Under the pieces are notes generated by a model. That model was not told where the DNA came from and ran no database searches. It saw only the letters and a list, made by a program, of their open reading frames with translations. From Microcaecilia unicolor (lineage: Eukaryota), in NCBI RefSeq assembly GCF_901765095.1, contig NW_021963017.1:174253-238252 (forward strand): a DNA stretch of 64,000 nt. Reading direction: 5' to 3'. Position 1 is the stretch's first letter, and the number at the start of each line of letters is the position of its first letter. The position numbers were made by a program, and so were the translations under genes. Positions 39,550 to 52,524 of this stretch are shown piece by piece.

Positions 39550-40340
39550 GGGTCGATGTTCCCTGCCTACGGTGTACCACGCCGCCAATTTATTTGCTGT
39601 CACGTCCCTTACCTCTGGGCCGGCGAGGCCTCCGGCAGCATGAGGACACCCCGCTGTCTTGATGCCGTAGCGCTTTCCACCGGTGCGGCCAGGTCCTCTG
39701 GCGGTGCGGGGTCGTCCGCTCTCTTGACGTCCGACGCACCGTTGGCGGTGGTTCGGCGTTCCGTCTCGTAGCGCCGAAGGTACTCCGGGGCTGTTCGGGT
39801 CCATGGGCCCACCTCCCTGCTCCGCAGGGATTGGTCTTCCTGCGGGCAGACTCCTGCGCTCCTCCCCCCTCGGCATTCCAGCCTATAGCAGCGCTCCTTT
39901 CCAGCTGATCTCTCTCAGCTACAATGATCTGCTCAACTTCAGGGCGCTGCCTCCCTGCCTCATCGTTTCGGCTTTTACTAAGGTAGGCGATTCACTCTCT
40001 CTGTTCGTTGCTGTATTACTTGCTCCTGCCTCTGACCCTTGCTCGGACCCAGACTACTCTCTGCCTGCTGCCAGTCTCTGACCCTTGCTCGGACTTGGAT
40101 TACCTTCGGCCTGCTTCTGACTTCTGCCTGTGCCTGGGAACATCGCTCACTTACTTTTGGCCGATTCCTCTGCATCCTTTTTTCCCAACCTACTGAAGTC
40201 CTGCCGGCCGGCCGGCCGGCCGCACCTGGGGGCTCAACCCCCAGGGACCGGCGGTCACCGCAGGTGAAGTTTCGGGGTTGCTCGGCTGCCTAGCAGAGCC
40301 CAGGTTCGAGTCTCTCTCATCTGTGCTCCGCTTGGCACAG
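39550..40340. mobile_element. CpG-rich non-autonomous repeat (homologous copy at 54230-55200) with ~45-bp tandem units and a cacctggg.gctcaaccc..ggcggtcacc.caggtgaa hairpin module
   Basis: The two regions are co-linear with each other. The hairpin module is also shared with 16190-16260. It includes a (ccgg)n run at 40205-40222. Confidence 0.4.
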
Positions 40341-41825
40341 GGACTCACAAGGGCGACATTTGCTGACAGAAAAGTTTATCCAATGTGGCAAAAGAATGTC
40401 CCCGGACACCAGAAGGGACAAGGGATACACAGTAAAGCCGTAGCTGAAAGAAAGCTAAGAAGTCAGAATGAGAAAGCTGCCATTGTGCTTGTGCAAACGA
40501 AGGGAAGACAGCCCCCTCTGGATCTGTAAAATGTCCAACATAGTGACAGCTCCCCTTCGCCTATGCCCTAAAACAGGTTGCACCCTGCTCCTCCAGGAAG
40601 TGAGGGTTGTCAACCGTTGCTAGAAAAGGGGAGGAACCAGATGCTTCCCTGGAACGGAGTCTCCAACACATCCACACCCGACGAAGTGGGTGGAGCAGAG
40701 GGTGCAGCCCCCCACCCCATCATGGGCACCTGTAAAAGGTTAAAAGCCGAATAAGGATAAGAGCAGTCCGCTCATACATAACGTGGTGCATAGTTGTAAA
40801 CGCCAGTATAAAGCTCATGTATCCACCTGATCAGCGCTGTAACATTGTAAAGACGTAAATCTGGTAGATGAGGGCCTCCCCCCGTGACTGGGAGTGAATG
40901 AATTTAGTGTAGCTAATCTGTGCCCTACATCTGGCCCAGAGAAATGATCCTACAGTCCCTTTATATAATGCTTCCTCCTTTATAGCAATCAAGGAGGGGC
41001 AACATCTGCAAAGGGTACAGTATTTTGGGGGGCATGACCATTTTTTCCAGCACCACTCTGCCCAATAATTGCTTATATGTGCTTTTATAGAATAGGCTCA
41101 CAGACCGTGTTCTTTATGCGCCCATCTTGTAGCTAGGACTGGCACGCCCGTAGCCAACTTTTTGCACTGGCACCGATGCCCCCTTCACTCCACTACAGCC
41201 TGTAATCCAGTATCTCCCTTTGTCGCTCAAGCCCTGCCCCCCTCCCCCACTGGACCAGGTGAGGCACTGGCTCAAGATGCTGGTGATAAAGGGCACCAGA
41301 ATCCCAATTAGACATCTATCCCTCTAAGAGTTTGAAGGTAGGCTGGACTGGGATTTTGACGGCCTTGATCTTCAGTGCCCTGAGCCAGTGCCTCAACTGA
41401 TCCATAGGTTGAGCTGGCCCTGCTTGTAGCACCCAGTTGTAGAATTGTCCCCTTTAATGTATGACATCTGATACAGGTGGGAAGCCTAAACATAGCTAAT
41501 GTTGAGTCCTTCCAAAGCAAGACATTTTTTTTTCTGTGTGGAATAAAGTTGTTGGTTTTTGTTTTTTTTTTTAATCTGGCAACTTTGCTCCTTTTTGATC
41601 GTCTGCTATTTGACTATGAAGGCTTTTCCTCTTCTTTTTTTTTGTGATTAATACTACAATTGAATTCCTTCAAAAAGGCAGTAAATAAATCCTAATTAAT
41701 AAATAATAAATTGCAGTGTGCTGTGTCTCAGAAAATGTTCATGATCTCTGTCCCTAAGTACAGTTATCGCCAGCAGTTAAACATTTAGAGAAGTATAATG
41801 ATTGCAGTTATTTTATATTTTCCAG

Positions 41826-42021
41826 TGCTCTCACATCATTGTGGATAATATTGATGCATTAAGTTCTTATCAGCTGAAAACCATTCAGAAGTATCAAATC
41901 CCCGTTTTACTCAGTGACTTCATCCAGAATTGTGTTGAAGAAAGGCGGCTCCTACAAGCTGATGATTACGTTGCTAAAAAATCAGTTCAGATAGATCCAA
42001 AGAAAGGGACAGAAAGTCAAG
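41826..42021 (+). CDS. PARP4: PARP4 coding exon 2 (BRCT domain)
   Basis: The acceptor is tttatattttccag| and the donor CAAG|gtaaag. CSHIIVDNIDALSSYQLKTIQKYQIPVLLSDFIQNCVEERRLLQADDYVAKK aligns with human CTHIILDNADVLSQYQLNSIQKNHVHIANPDFIWKSIREKRLLDVKNYDPYK. Confidence 0.8.
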
Positions 42022-42399
42022 GTAAAGGTATTTGGTACTCTTCTCAGCAGACAGCTAAGATATTTTAGTAATGCTAACTTTTTAGAAAATCAGTTAATAA
42101 ATCAAAAGAGATGAATGATTGGCATATATGATGTCAAAATATGTCTTTATTCAAAATGATTTATGGAGTTCATTTTGGAATTAAATCATCATATTTTGAA
42201 AATCCAGGGCGGCTGACCACATAACTTGTCTGAATATCTTGATGGCTGGTTAAACGTAATGTGGTTAAGGTTGGGAGGGATTGGGTATGTTCCATGGTGG
42301 GGCTAAAAGATGAGCAGATAGTGCCAATATTCAGCACAATCCACTTTATTCCCTTAAGCAAGACTACATAAACAGCTGTCCTAAACCTAGTAGAAAGCT

Positions 42400-42560
42400 T
42401 ATTTTTATTTTTAATTTATTTCAGCATTTGTATCCCACATTTCCAGTCAGGTTGATGATTCAGTGTGACTTACAGTTTAGTAAAGTTACAGGTGGTTTAC
42501 AGTTTGATATAGTTAGATATTTAGCATTATTATATGTATCATTATCATTAGTATATGGCA
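42400..42560 (-). mobile_element. Solo 3'-tail fragment of the CR1/L2-like LINE family
   Basis: ttatttttatttttaatttatttcagcatttgtatcccacatttcc...gtgacttacag matches 20940-21045. Confidence 0.35.
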
Positions 42561-45500
42561 TGTGTCATTTTTTTTCTGCTTAAGGTTTTTCTGATTAAGG
42601 TTAGGACTACATATTAGCAGGTAAATCAGCTGAAAAATAACCAAATAAGCAATCTTGTTAATTTTTAGATGGATGTGTTAACTGTATGTCAACCCCATAT
42701 TTAAAAGACATATGAAAATGATTTGAATCATAAATCTACAAAGATCAGTATTTGTATTGATCAAATATGTGAACACTATAGTGTATGTATTTTATGTTTA
42801 GAGTATATTTCATAGAAAGGTAACCTACAAATGTGGATAAATACATTTATATAAGAAGATACTACATATGTATGACTATAATTTCTTATAATGTCATATA
42901 TATAGTGAATCCTTCTATAATAAATTGACTTTTGAGGACAGGTTATATTTATGCTTTGGAGGAGTGTGAGGGGAACCAGCCGAGACCTAAGCAGCCACAA
43001 AGGATTGGTCCCGTGGTAAAAGGCAGTGCACATCACAGTAAGTTCATGGCAGTTTAATATGTACTAGCCTCATAATACACAGGTTAAATATATACAGGTA
43101 CAATGAGTAAATTTCCTCACTTGTCCCTTTGCAGTAGCCTGTAGGTAGGCATAGTACATAAAGCATAATCCATAGGCAGGAGCACTGACAAGGAATCAAA
43201 GGATACATGATATTTGGCCAGCTGGAATGGAGATTTAAACTGGGAACACAAGAGTATGAGCGCAGGCATAGAAAACAGGGATCCTAGCCAGCTGGAAATC
43301 AGGAGATGGGCAAGGATCAAGAAGGTACCACAGATAATGATCTAGTGCTGATGTAGCCTAGGAGTAGGGCATATAAACCTCTACTGTCTGGTCTGTGCTA
43401 GAGATTTGGCACGGGGACAGAAATCTTACCCATCCTTGCTCTAATTTTACCCATCTCCACTGAATCTTAGCCATCTTCGCAAGAATTTAACCCGTTCCCA
43501 CCCTGCCCGCATGAATTTAACCTGTCCGCACTCAGTCCTGCAAGAATTTAATGGTACATAAAAAAAAAAAATTCTAGTCTGTCTATCTCTGGGTTCGAGC
43601 TACAGCACTGCAGGCAAGGAAGGAACAGAAGTTGGAACACTCTGATGCACACATATAAAACTTATCTCTGATTCACTAGCACTGGCTGTGAGGTCGCCAA
43701 ATACACATGCCAGTAGGTCAGGTGACATCTGATGCTTGTGCCTGTGTCAGAGCTGAGGTCCATGCATCAGCCTGGGAGTAGAGAGGATTAATAGTAACAT
43801 AGTAAGTGACATCAGAAAAAGACCTGAAAGGTCCATCCAGTGTGCCCAATTGTCACACTCATTATCAATTCATGATACAATGAACATGATATTATATACT
43901 TGGTTATTGTCTTTCTTTGGCTTTTATGGGATATAGACCATAGAAGTCCGCCCAGCCCTATTCTTATGTTCCAACTGCTGGGGTTGCTGTCGAAGCCCAC
44001 TCCAGGCTGTTTGTCTTCTCGTTTGCGGGACACAGACCGTAAAAGTCTGTCCAGCACTGTCCTCATGTTACATCCACTAAAATTGCTGTCTAAGCCCTTT
44101 CCAGCCCATCTTAAACCAGATTGCCATATATGAGACACAGATCATACAAGTCTGCCATGGTATCTGTCCTAGTTTATCACAGCCGGAGTTGCATCTAAGC
44201 GTCTCTCGACACGTCCACACACATGCAGCTATTTAAGTTTAGGTTTTTTATAACTTCCATTTTCTAATTAGAGATTGTCACAAAATACGCAGCCACTTAG
44301 AGAGTCTATCCCCAGCATAGCGCAGCTCAGGTCAACCTGTACCTGCCTCTTGTGCTCTACACTAGCACCCACTCCCACCGACTGAGTCGCAGCCGCCTCT
44401 GGGCAAGTCACAGTGGAACAATGAAGTAAAAAAAAGTGCAATCAGCAAACAATAACAGGTAATTGAAATATGGATCAATTACAACATTAACTAGACATTT
44501 GTATACTTCCTAGAAAGTACCTGGGAAGATCAGGACGCAAAATTCACCGAGCCTCAACAAAAAAATCTGTGTCTCTTTTCTTCTGGGCTGAAGCAGTACT
44601 ACGGGGTAATTTTTCAAACTCTAGCCAGTCAGAGCCCAGTCAGCAAGTTTTAAAAGTATATTGCTTCTTGCTTGTGTTAAAGAAAAAGAACATTCAGTTC
44701 CTTATAACAATTTTACAGCAAAGAAAGACCACCTGCTGGCCAAATAGGAGAAATACACTTCAGGAAAATATCTAGTACATTTTACAGGCTTAAAACATAC
44801 TGTTTGTTCAAAGAGATTCTCTGTGTTCATCCCATGCCTTTTTGAATTTCGTCACCATTTGTGACTGTATCACCTTCTTAATGGAGACTTTCCGCATCTG
44901 TGCTGTTAAAGCAAGGAGGAAGAGATGGCACTCAAAGAACTTGGCACTCGGTGGGTGAGAGGCTGGTGCAAGTGCATTGTACACTTCCATGGGAACGCCG
45001 CAGGAACGCCCCGTGGGAACCCTGCAAACCCCGATCCCGTGCAGGACTTTAGTCTGGGCCCTGCCAAGAACAGGCAAGACAGACAGAACCAGAAACAGGA
45101 GGACCATCCTACAAAGAAACACAAGGCATGGGGAATATGGCTCCTCCTATAGATGGGGGGGGGGGGGGGGGCTCATGCCCAGTGCAGCAGTGGCTCAGAC
45201 AAGGAGCTGCAGTTTGGAATAATACTTACAGCAGTATCACAGACCCTAATCTGATTTTCAGTTTTGCCTTTATTTTGTTACCGCTGTCATCTGTTTATCT
45301 CTTCCTTTTTAAAGTTCCATTACCATAATGTACACATTCAGATTTTGCTTCTGTTTTATATTTATGCTTTGGAGGGGATTATGGAGATAATTTCAGGAAC
45401 TAAGTGTTTGGTTTTGTGGCTCAGTGCAGAATTGTGTGGTGGTTTGGGTTTGGTTGCAAGATACGGTTTCTGCTTTCTTGACCATCTAGGGATTAAAGAT

Positions 45501-46200
45501 GTCTCCATAGCTTAACAGTGACATTTGCTAACCACATTTTGAGTATTTACGTTTCAAATTCATATAAGAGCTGTGGTCTCTGACTCTTAATCAAGGACTG
45601 TCACTGAAATGGCTAGCCTGGGTGGTGGGTTATAAAATGATGGGTGGGGGACGCCCCTGGGTCACTGTAAATGAAGGTTCATGGAACCATGGTCTAGTAG
45701 AGGCAGATTTGATTAAGCTGGCTCCCCAGAAAATGAGAGACTGTCGGAGAGAGAGAGGATCTAGGAATTTTAACCTGTGACCTATCTGTTCCAAAACAAG
45801 ATATTCTCTGCCTTTTGAGCTTCTATAATCCATTCCTGCTTAGATTTTCACAATACCCAGACTGAACATAGATGAAATAATCTTCTGATGTCACATTTAA
45901 ATCAGAATGTAATTGAATGAAATTTGCTTTAGTTAATCTGGATATCCAGGCCAGTATCTGCCCCCAAACAACCTGATTTGCTGACTGTAAAGGTAAGTTT
46001 GAGATAACCTTTCAATTATGTAAGAAAATGTAGTGACTCTTCTGTGTAGAGAAAAGTAAAGCCACTGCTGTGCCTTCTGACAAGGATATTCTATGTTATT
46101 AACAGGATGAAAGGAAGGTGAAGAGAATATGCAGGTTCAACTTATTTTGTAGGTCTCAGCATAGTTTATTAATCTTTAAATCTCTGTAAATTTCTTGTAG

Positions 46201-46267
46201 ACCAAGAAAAGAGCCAGGTTTTTGAGACTCCTAAAGACTGGAAAGAAAAAGACACTGACAGCAACAG
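46201..46267 (+). CDS. PARP4: PARP4 coding exon 3, in the divergent acidic linker
   Basis: The acceptor is ttcttgtag| and the donor AG|gtattg. The splice phase fits exon 2 (1) and exon 4 (2). The peptide is DQEKSQVFETPKDWKEKDTDSN(R). Confidence 0.55.
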
Positions 46268-46734
46268 GTATTGTTCTGTGTCAATAGTAAAATAAGTGAC
46301 TCTTAGAGGGGCATAATTGAATGCAAACGCCCATGTGTAAAAACATCCATCACTGAGAATGGGTCCATGAAGGGGCGGGCCGAACCGTATTTTCGAAAAA
46401 GATGGACGTTTATCTTTAGTTTCGAAAATATGGCTTGTGCCGGCCAAATGCATTGGATGTGGGTGTTTTTTGAGCTGGGCGTTTTCGTTTTTCAGCGATA
46501 ATCGAAACCGCTGCCGGCCATTTCAAAAATGGACCAAATCCAAGACATTTGGTCGTGGGAGAGGCCAGCATTCGTGGTGCACTGGTCCCCCTGAGATGCC
46601 TCTCTGCCAGCCTCAAATATCATACCTAGCTCCATGACAGCAGCATGCAGGTCCCCGGAGCAATTTTAGTTTAGTTGGTGCTGTGCGGGACCCATGCAGA
46701 GAGCAAAAATCTGAAGAAAAAAAAAACATGCAAG

Positions 46735-46860
46735 TGCAGTCAGGGACGTCCAAATTAAAACAATAGTAATAGGGGGATTCAAACCAGCCACCCTCTGATT
46801 ACAAGACCTGTGCTCTAACCACTGCACCACTTATTCAGTTGTTTAAACTCCCTTCCCTTT
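46735..46860 (-). mobile_element. tRNA-derived SINE fragment
   Basis: The reverse complement reads gtggtgcagtggttagagcacaggtcttgtaatcagagggtggctggtttgaatccccc, with A and B boxes and a T-arm. The acceptor stem is incomplete, so this is not a genuine tRNA gene. Confidence 0.45.
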
Positions 46861-47692
46861 CCATTAAGTCCCTCCAAGTTTCTGTCAGCCAATCACAGCT
46901 CATTTAGTTGGAAGTTGAGTGGGGACAAGAGTGTGAGGTTGAAAAGGGCTATAAATGTGAAATAGATGGAAGGATCAAAAATCTATTGATCTTTAAAGTT
47001 TGTCAGGATCCTTTCTACTTTCCTGGTTATCTTCAGAGTCTGTTGAGATGATATTTGTGTTCAAGAAATGCAAGTTTACTACTTTTCCTTTCTTTGTCAT
47101 GTAAAGTTATCATTGACCTGCATTGAGCTGAATGTAATTTGTTGCAATTTAGGAGGCTGCTGTAGACTTCTTTATTGAAACTTTCCATTAGGTCTTTTTA
47201 TTGGAAGAAGCTGGCTGCATATTTTTATCCTGTCAGTGTTTTGTAATGTTTTATTTATCTATTTTATCTGATTACTTATGTTTTGGTTGTTTGCTTCATA
47301 GCATGGTCTTGATCAGTTCTGCAGGGTATAAATGTGTTGTGAATAATTAAATATCTTGTTTAGTATAAGAAGAATGTATTTCTATATCTTTTTCCAGTAT
47401 TGCACTCTAATTTATACAAAGGTTGATTTAGTTCAGTTTTTATGTGCATACTTCTATTTTTAACTTGTTTATTTTTGGTGAGGGTTGGTGTGTGATTTGT
47501 GTATGTGACTATGTTTAAAAATACTTTAAAAGGCTAGGTATACTGGGAGGAAGTGACGTCATGAGGCTGAATGGCCACTTAATCCTTTAGCTCCTGCGCT
47601 TCCCTACCTTTTATACAGCACCATTCGTGGTAATGTCCCTCTCCTTCATTTTGCAAAGGGCTGCAGAGACTTGGTGGGTGTTTCTCTACAAG

Positions 47693-48596
47693 ATGAGTAA
47701 AAAATGTTTTGCGCCACTTCGGGAAAGCGAACGCCTTTCCACGAGGCAGATGGTGCGGGGCTTGTCTCGCCATGCTTCCCCTAAGCCGCGGAGATCGTCT
47801 GAGTCGGACTCGGCTTCTTCCCGTGAGGAGCAGAGCGACCCTGTTCCTAAGAAAACTCTTCCGCAGGACCTGACTAAGTGTCTTGAGGCGATCAGGGCTG
47901 AAATTCTGGCCTCAAAAGAAGAAATCCTGGAACATGTGGATGCGTTAAGCGTCGACCTGCGGGAGTTGGGGGGCAGGGTGGAAGCATTAGAAGAGCGGGC
48001 GGACGAGCAGACGGAGAAGAACGAGGCAGTGGATCTGCGTTTGGCCAAGTTGGATGAGCAGGCAGAGCAGCTTCAGTATAAGTTGGATGACCTCGAGAAC
48101 TGGGGTCGCAGACAAAATCTTCGGTTTTGAGGTGTCCCAGAGAATGGGTGAGAGTTTCGCGGCTGGAGCCAGAGACAACAGACCAGGAGATACTGTTGTG
48201 AGATTCACTACTTATGCTTGTAAAGATCAGTTATGGCAAAAGGCTCGTCAGAATCCTGCTCTGCAGTATAATGGGGCACGTGTTTCGATATATCAAGATC
48301 TTTCCCTGTTTACCTTGAATCAGAGGCGAGCTATGAAACCAGTTCTTGAGATCCTGGCCAAAGAAAAAATAGCCTATCGATGGGCTTTCCCTTTTGCTGT
48401 GTGTTTTGAACTTAAAGGGGAGCAGTTTCGCTGCCGAAATGTGGGGGCTGCATGGAAGTGTCTGCATGAGGCTGGTTTGACCCTAACTGAGGCCCTGCCG
48501 GTGGGGTGGCCTCCTCTACGAAAGCCCGGCTTCAGAAGTGGAAAAGAGTGGCAAAGACAGCAAAGAAGCATGGGATTCAGACATGAGAAACTGTAG
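47693..48596 (+). CDS. L1 ORF1p-like protein: coiled coil, RRM and C-terminal domain, interrupted at ~48128
   Basis: The heptad-rich segment reads LTKCLEAIRAEILASKEEILEHVDALSVDLRELGGRVEALEERADEQTEKNEAVDLRLAKLDEQAEQLQYKLDDLENWGRRQNLRF. The next frame then reads ...RFTTYACKDQLWQKARQNPALQYNGARVSIYQDLSLFTLNQRRAMKPVLEILAKEKIAYRWAFPF. Confidence 0.7.
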
Positions 48597-49041
48597 CCTG
48601 GACTGGTTTGGTTGCTGTTGGGATTGATTTCTGTTGACATAATGTGATTTCTGTAGGGAGATTGTTCTTGTGTGAGCTGACGTGTGTTTAGATTGGTGGA
48701 AGGTGAAGGGTGAATTATTGTTTGTGATATTTGCAGGTGGGGTAAGAGTGAGGGGTTGAGGGGTATTTTATTTGTTTTGGGGTTTTTTTTTCTTGTTTGG
48801 CCCGTGAGGTCTTTTTCCTTCTGCTTCCCATGTGGTGCTGTGTGGCACTGTTTGGTGGGTGGATGAGAGGGGGAAGGAATGTGGGAGTGTGTGAGGGGGA
48901 GAGGGAAGGGTTGGGGGGGAGGATTGGGGTGCTTTGGGTTGGGGGATAGGAGGAGGTTGGGGGGGGGGGAAGTTTGGGTTCTTGGGGATTAGGGGACTGT
49001 AGGCTCCTTTCACCAATCGTGTTCTGGACAGAGAATGTCGG

Positions 49042-51700
49042 ATGGCAGACTTTAAGGTTTTCATTTATAATCTAAAGGGTCTGAATTCTCCATACAAAAG
49101 GCATTCTTTACTGCGTGAGTTATGTTTGATGCCTCCACATGTGGTTTTCCTGCAGGAAACTGATTTTTTAAAGAAACATGAGGGTTTATTATCTTCTTCG
49201 CAGTACCCGACTGTGTATTATGCTTCTGATGCAAAGGGAGCTAAGAAAAGAGGGGTGGCTATTATGTTTCATAAGGATGTGCAGGTACAACTTGTGCATT
49301 TAAAGAGAGACACTGAGGGTCGCTATCTTTTTCTGCACGTTATGTTGGGGCAGGAGGAGTACACTTTGGCTAGTGTTTACGCCCCAAATGAGCGGCAAGA
49401 GAGTTTTTTTGTGCGCCTCCAGAAGGAGTTGCAGAATTTTGCTTGGGATAAAGTGCTGGTGGCAGGAGATTTTAATGCTACTATGCAGCCCGGGACGGAC
49501 AGATCTGCTCCTCCTGCTTCGACTGACTATAGAATTTCTAAGGCTTTGAGGAATTTTGTAGATGCTATGGGTCTTTATGATGTGTGGAGACTGGGACACC
49601 CTAGAGGGTGGGACTATACCTTTTATTTTCCTGTGCATCTCTCTTATTCCAGATTAGACTGTTTGGTTTTTTTTTTTTTCATAAAACCTTGTCAGAGGAG
49701 GGGGGGTGACTCTTACATAGGTCATATTACTATCTCAGACCATGCTTCGGTCAGGGCAGTTATTCCTTCTTTGAAGATGGACATTCAATAACTGTTTGTT
49801 ACAGGACCCGGATATTGTTGCTAATTTTCTTCCTGTCTTAAAAGACTATTTTGCTATTAATATGGAGTCGGGACCGACATTGGGTACAGTGTGGGATGCC
49901 TTTAAGACAGTATCGAGAGGTTATTTTATTAAGTGTGGTAGTCCGCGGTTCAGGGTTCATAAAGTGCTTTGGAGGACAGGTACAGGGCCTCAGGCTCTGT
50001 GTCTGACTTTCGGAAGCTTCAAGCGGTACGATTGAAGCTGGCTGCGTTGCATGATGAGAGTTTGCAATTTGTGCATGCACGTTTAAAACAAGTTCATTAC
50101 GAATGTACTAATAAACCTGGGTGGTTGTTGGCTACAAAATTAAGAAAGATGAGAGCAGGTAGGCATATTTTGAGAGTGCGGGATGAAAATGGAGCTATGG
50201 TACATACTTCGGCTCGGATTCGGGAACGTTTTGCCCAATTTTATGAGACTCTGTATGCTGCTGTACAGACTGAGGAAATTGACAATTATTTGGCTGCTCG
50301 GGGTTTGTCGGTTTTATCTGAATTACAGAGAAGGGAACTGGAAGCTCCGGTGACGGTGGACAAGGTGATGCAGGTTATTAAGACATTGCTGACGGGTAAG
50401 GTGCCGGGTTTGGATGGATTTACGAATGAATTTTTTTAAAGACCTTTGTGGGGGAGTTGGCACCCTATTTGATGTTGGTCATTAACTCTGTTAGGGATGG
50501 TGTGTCTTTTCCCAAGTCTATGATGGAGGCCTGGTTGGAGGTAATTCCAAAACCAGACAAAGATAAAACTGAATGTGCATCATATCGCCCTATTTCTATA
50601 CTCAATACTGTTGTTAAAATATTGGCTAAGGTGCTTGCGAATCGTTTGGGCAATGTGCTTCCTAATTTAATCCATCTAGATCAGGTCGGTTTTGGAGCAA
50701 AGTAGCAGGCAATGGATAATATTCGTAAAACTTTGGACTTACTTTATGCATCTCAGTTGAAAGCCTGGCCTGTGGGGTTATTAGGACAGGATGCTGAAAA
50801 GGCCTTTGACAGGGTACATTGGGGATATTTGGATAAGGTTTTACATCGATTTGGGTTGGGACCGTTTTATAGGTCCTGGATTCAGGCGTTCTATTCTTCG
50901 CCGCAGGCTTGTGTGAGAGTAAATGGGGAGAATTTGGGGGCTTTCTTTTTGGGGCGTGGTACCAGACAGGGGTGTCCGTTGTCTCCTCTTCTATTTGCTC
51001 TGGCGATGGAGCCTTTAGCGGCAGCTATTCAAGAAAATGTAGACATCACCGGGGTAAGGGTGGGAGAACAGGAACATAAAATCACATTATTTGTGGGCGA
51101 TGTTCTCCTGTCCTTGACTAAACCGTTAGTTTCTCTTCCTAACTTAATGAAGGAGATGGCGGCGTACTCACAGATATTTGGATACAAGTTGAATGCGAGT
51201 AAGTCCACTGGGATGGCTGTGGGGGTATCACCTAGGCTGATGGAGGCGTTGAAGACTTCCTTTGCTTTTAAATGGTCTGTCAGAGATCTTCGCTGTTTGG
51301 GGGTTCAGATTCCTGGGAACCTGTCAGAGTTGTTTGCTGTTAATTATCCGGCTGTTCAGAAGGCGATGCAAAGAGATTTGGATAGATGGATGTCCATGGG
51401 TCTCACCTGGTTTGGGTGGATTGCTGCGATTAAAATGAATATTTTACCTCGCTTATTGTATTTATTTCAGGTACTTCCCTTTCGTTTGTCTAGGTCATTC
51501 AAGACAGTTTGATTCGTTTTATTTGGTATCATAATAGACCGCGTGCTTTTTTATATAAGAGTAAGCATGCTGGGGGATTAGGGGTACCTAACTTGTTCTG
51601 GTATTATTGTGCTGCGCAGTCTAGATCGGCTCTTGAGTGGTTTCAGAGGGAGGATCATAAATTGTGGGTACATATTGAGCAATCTTTGGTTTCTCCATGC
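49042..51700 (+). pseudogene. L1 ORF2 (APE endonuclease, reverse transcriptase, post-RT domain), split into six ORFs by frameshifts
   Basis: The endonuclease reads MADFKVFIYNLKGLNSPYKRHSLLRELC...VVFLQETDF...LVAGDFNAT. The RT reads ...YRPISILNTVVKILAKVLANRL...QVGFGAK / FDRVHWGYL...RQGCPLSPLLFALAMEPLA...FVGDVLL. The post-RT domain reads IRFIWYHNRPRAFLYKSKHAGGLGVPNLFWYYCAAQ. Confidence 0.75.
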
Positions 51701-52290
51701 AGGAGAAAGAGACGTCAGAATCTCAACCTTTGTCTGTATTGTGGTGATACTGGACATTATGCGGCCAGGTGCCCTCTTAAACCGGCACCCCTGGATCAGG
51801 GTTTGACAGCAGGCACTATAGTAAGTCTATCTTCTGACATTCTTCGTACTCAATTCTAGGTGCCAGCTGTGCTCGATCTTGGTCACAGAAAGGAACAGAC
51901 TGAAGTTTTCCTGGACTCTGGGGCTGGTGGAAACTTTATAACCGAGGCCCTGGTTCATCAGTTAAACATTCCTATACAAGAACTACCTAAGACCATGCGG
52001 CTTTTTTCAGTTTATGGACGCATTCAAGGTTATGTAAACACCCAGACGGGTCCGGTGAGCTTATGTATTGGGGATCACAGAGAAGACATTTCCTTTTACG
52101 TCCTCCAGTCAGCCGTGCAACCCATTGTGTTGGGTCTACCGTGGATACAGAGCCACAATCCGATCTTAGACTGGGAAAAGGGTGAGATTTTGGACTGGGG
52201 TGAGTCCTGCAGGAAGGATTGCCTCGTGTCGGATCATGGTGAGATTGACAGCGAACGGCAAGACCAAGAATCAGATGCCTGGACTGACAT
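51700..52290 (+). mobile_element. Gypsy/Ty3-like LTR-retrotransposon fragment: Gag zinc knuckle and aspartic protease
   Basis: CLYCGDTGHYAARCP is a CCHC knuckle. FLDSGAGGNFITEALVHQLNIP...QPIVLGLPWIQSHNPILDW is a retropepsin-type DSG protease. Its frame runs straight on from the L1 post-RT sequence. Confidence 0.6.
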
Positions 52291-52490
52291 GAAGTGGAAG
52301 AGTGGCCTAGTGGTTAGGGTGGTGGACTTTGGTCCTGGGGAACTGAGGAACTGAGTTCGATTCCCGGCATAGGCAGCTCCTTGTGACTCTGGGCAAGTCA
52401 CTTAACCCTCCATTGCCTGCCGCATAGAGCCTGCCATGAGTGGGAAAGCGCGGGGTACAAATGTAATAAAAATAAAATAAATAAACATTA
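52290..52490 (+). mobile_element. tRNA-derived SINE
   Basis: agtggcctagtggttagggtggtggactttggtcctgg...gagttcgattcccggcataggcagctccttgtgactctgggcaagtcacttaaccc...gggtacaaatgtaataaaaataaaataaataaa. A fragment of the same family lies on the minus strand at 55740-55860. Confidence 0.5.
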
Positions 52491-52524
52491 GTGACTCACA
52501 GTCCCAGGACTTGGATGTTGCTGC

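Larger units (their letters stand above)
47540..51700 (+). mobile_element. L1/Tx1-clade LINE with a 5' UTR, ORF1 and ORF2, degraded and truncated at its 3' end
   Basis: ORF1 has a coiled coil and an RRM (...LENWGRRQNLRF / GVPE...). ORF2 has an endonuclease, an RT and a post-RT domain. Several frameshifts or stops are present. A ~440-bp G-rich spacer at 48600-49040 separates the two ORFs. Confidence 0.8.

Noticed and set aside
39550-39900. CpG-island-like segment 1.2 kb downstream of the PARP4 start exon, considered as a promoter or alternative first exon
   Set aside because: It is co-linear with a second copy at 54230-54540, and both are followed by the same tandem-repeat and hairpin modules. 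It is therefore part of a dispersed repeat. The ORFs across it at 39259-39876 (-) and 39544-39771 (+) have no motifs.
46735-46860. Possible tRNA gene
   Set aside because: A and B boxes and a T-arm are present, but the acceptor and anticodon stems do not pair. It is embedded in SINE-body sequence, so I called it a tRNA-derived SINE.
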